A stretch of 36,030 nucleotides of DNA from Hyphochytrium catenoides (taxonomy: Eukaryota > Protista > Hyphochytriomycota): the NCBI GenBank assembly GCA_900088475.1, contig FLMG01002924.1, positions 1-36,030 of the forward strand, in the 5' to 3' direction. Every line of letters starts with the position of its first letter. The stretch's first letter is position 1. The position numbers were made by a program, and so were the translations under genes. The notes under the pieces were generated by a model. The model saw only the letters and a program-made list of their open reading frames with translations, made no database searches and had not been told where the DNA came from. Below are positions 34,501 through 36,030 of this stretch, piece after piece.

Positions 34501-35933
34501 CTTGTTTTCTACTCTTACTCCCAACCTTTATTGCCTTTCTCTGTCTTTCGCTTTATGATGACGCTTCGTTTCCCTTTCCGTCCCGCTACGTTTTACTGAC
34601 CGGTACACCTCCCTAGCAGCTGACGTTGGACCCAGTGCCTTCCCAGTGATGGGATCCATAACGGTCTTCAAGGTATTTGCTGATCTTCTGTTTTGTACTA
34701 ACAGCCTAATAGGTCTAACCTCTCTCGCCTCCCAGGACACAGATGAAGTGGCAGAAAGAGACACGGCCAGGGCTAACAACATTGAGAAGGGCCTGAAAGA
34801 CAAGAGTAAGACGAGATGACCCTTCCTTTGATAGCCCGTATTGCCGTCGCTTGCTCTTATGGCGACAGATGGAGACGATCTTCATCTCTTTCGAAAGCAT
34901 TTTTCTATCAGAGATTCTTGCCGCCGCTAGCAAGCATCTCTAGTCCAGATACTACTTTTTTTTCTCTCCATCTTTCCTGGTTGGCTTCCTTACACTACTG
35001 GGGCGAGAGAGCCCAATCTGTCACACTTCGCCTTCTCTTTTGCTTTACTTTGTCTGCTTCACCCTCACTTCACGTCGTTTGATAGGTGCTCGAGCAAACA
35101 CTCAGCCCAGTGATGGCGCCAAGGAGAATGCATCGGACGATGCCAGGCACAATGATGAGACTAAGATAGAAGAGCTTGGGGAAGACCGTCGAGGGTCTTT
35201 TATCCAAGAAATGCGCAGGAAAAGCCAGCTCTTCTTAGCGAGAACCGGGATTATCAAGATGGAAGAAGAGGAACTTGCAACTGACAGAGTCACACCACGC
35301 GGGAGAGAGAGGCAATATCAAACGCAGTCCTCACGTGGCGAGGAAAGCAAGAAAGCAACCTTTTCTACAGCAGAAGCGGGCGAAGCTCACATTGACAGGA
35401 AGCCTAGAACTATTGAGGAAATGGAGAGCATCTTCCCTGGCCACGACAGTCAGAACAGAGGCAAGTATCATGACAGCTTCTCGCCGTCCACAGAAGTGCG
35501 AACACAAGATATGACCTCTACAGAGGCACGCGGAGAGAGGCGAGAGGAGCCAGATTTGCCCGAGAACCAGAGTAAAGCCCTTCGACCACAAATAGTGACA
35601 CAGAGTCCCCGTGGTCCGGCTGCAGGACAACCACTAGGGAATGAAAATGCCGCTTCTTTTGAGAGGGAGATGTCTGATACCCAGGAAAAACTGGGTGGCT
35701 TCTTTAGCTTAGGAGAAGAGAGGGAAGTAGGCGATGATGATGAAGTCGTAGGAAGCTTTCTGCCCTCGACTGCTCGGCCTCCTGTGCTCAAGAAGACTGC
35801 TACCATGACCTCCAGCAGCACTTTGGAAGATATACTCTCTTCCCCTTCGCATCATTCTCCTCTTGAAGCGTCTCCGGTAAGCCCGGCAAAGGCGAAGGTT
35901 CCGTCAGCTCCAAAGAAACTTAGCCAATGGTAA
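22505..35933 (+). CDS. Polycystin-1/REJ-like membrane receptor, copy B (signal peptide, PT stalk, crystallin-like, 2x CBM67-like lectin, PKD/REJ, EGF-like, GAIN/GPS-like, ~5 TM, disordered tail), ~2,500 aa, 32 exons
   Basis: Exons: 22505-24221, 24515-24673, 24957-25165, 25492-25624, 25835-26135, 26354-26498, 26601-26750, 26837-26978, 27305-27440, 27613-28011, 28159-28231, 28321-28489, 28676-28756, 28906-29047, 29203-29356, 29491-29545, 29705(or 29708/29714)-29885, 30092-30140, 30323-30543, 30787-31018, 31361-31526, 31735-32209, 32349-32412, 32621-32702, 32882-33044, 33133-33186, 33277-33346, 33547-33765, 33964-34399, 34617-34672, 34736-34805, 35086-35933. All phases are consistent. REJ motif NGGPKPGSFVVAPDRGLAMSTIFQLEATNWEDDLQDLPLRYSFG; GAIN-type YTLNPY; GPS-like CAYWNSSTAMW. 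An in-frame TGA at 22487 supports the ATG at 22505. Confidence 0.85.
27712..27775. other. Assembly gap (64 N) inside exon 10 of copy B
   Basis: Run of N. Confidence 1.
31361..31760 (+). other. Degenerate GPS-like motif of copy B
   Basis: Spliced sequence ECAYWNSSTAMWQDTVYDAKDIDSVKSVCLYDTFGP|AFAAQ lies about 35 aa before TM1. Confidence 0.7.
31840..34250 (+). other. About five transmembrane helices of copy B
   Basis: TM1 IAVFIAVAFLWSVLLLSLLIIFFGW; TM2 LLVFVTLLAVPMLATSLVLF; TM3 VSMFILIIVLSVILSLSFTLLLSLGF; TM4 LSILGFALILLVTTACAISFGSVAF; TM5 AWLGISITCIIINILLLSPLL. Confidence 0.7.
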
Positions 35934-36030
35934 CCTTCCCCAATGGTGAACATCGGGGTAAACTATCCCTCTATCTCATTCCACCTACTGATGTCGAGGG
36001 CTATCCTTCCCTGTAGCCTTTGAGCTGGGG

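Noticed and set aside
1-36030. Transposons, tRNA/rRNA genes, telomeric repeats and prokaryotic operon or defence systems
   Set aside because: No transposase/RT/integrase motifs, terminal repeats or structured-RNA signatures were seen, and the sequence is spliceosomal-intron-rich eukaryotic DNA.

Overview
Intron-rich eukaryotic genomic DNA with GT-AG introns, CTAAC/CTGAC-type branch points and (GA)n/(CT)n microsatellites. The domain architectures suggest a stramenopile alga or protist, but that is inference. Manual splicing gives four protein genes, each with a frame-consistent exon chain. (1) A 5'-truncated EEF2KMT/FAM86-like protein-lysine methyltransferase (+, to 1545). (2) A ~2,220-aa, 13-exon formin (-, 11055..2158) with C2-PH-ankyrin-WW-2x CCDC53-like motif-FH2 and no polyproline FH1. 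(3, 4) A tandem pair of REJ/polycystin-1-like paralogs (+) sharing 16 intron positions. Each starts with a ~1.7-kb intronless exon encoding a signal peptide, Pro/Thr stalk, a beta/gamma-crystallin-like module and two CBM67-like lectin modules. Copy A (12880..20316, ~1,418 aa) stops before the GPS/TM region and looks like a secreted ectodomain. Copy B (22505..35933, ~2,500 aa, 32 exons) has a degenerate GPS motif, about 5 TM helices and a disordered tail. Most short ORFs in the track are antisense or intronic artefacts. No RNA genes, mobile elements or CRISPR arrays were seen. All gene models and family calls were made by eye, without searches.
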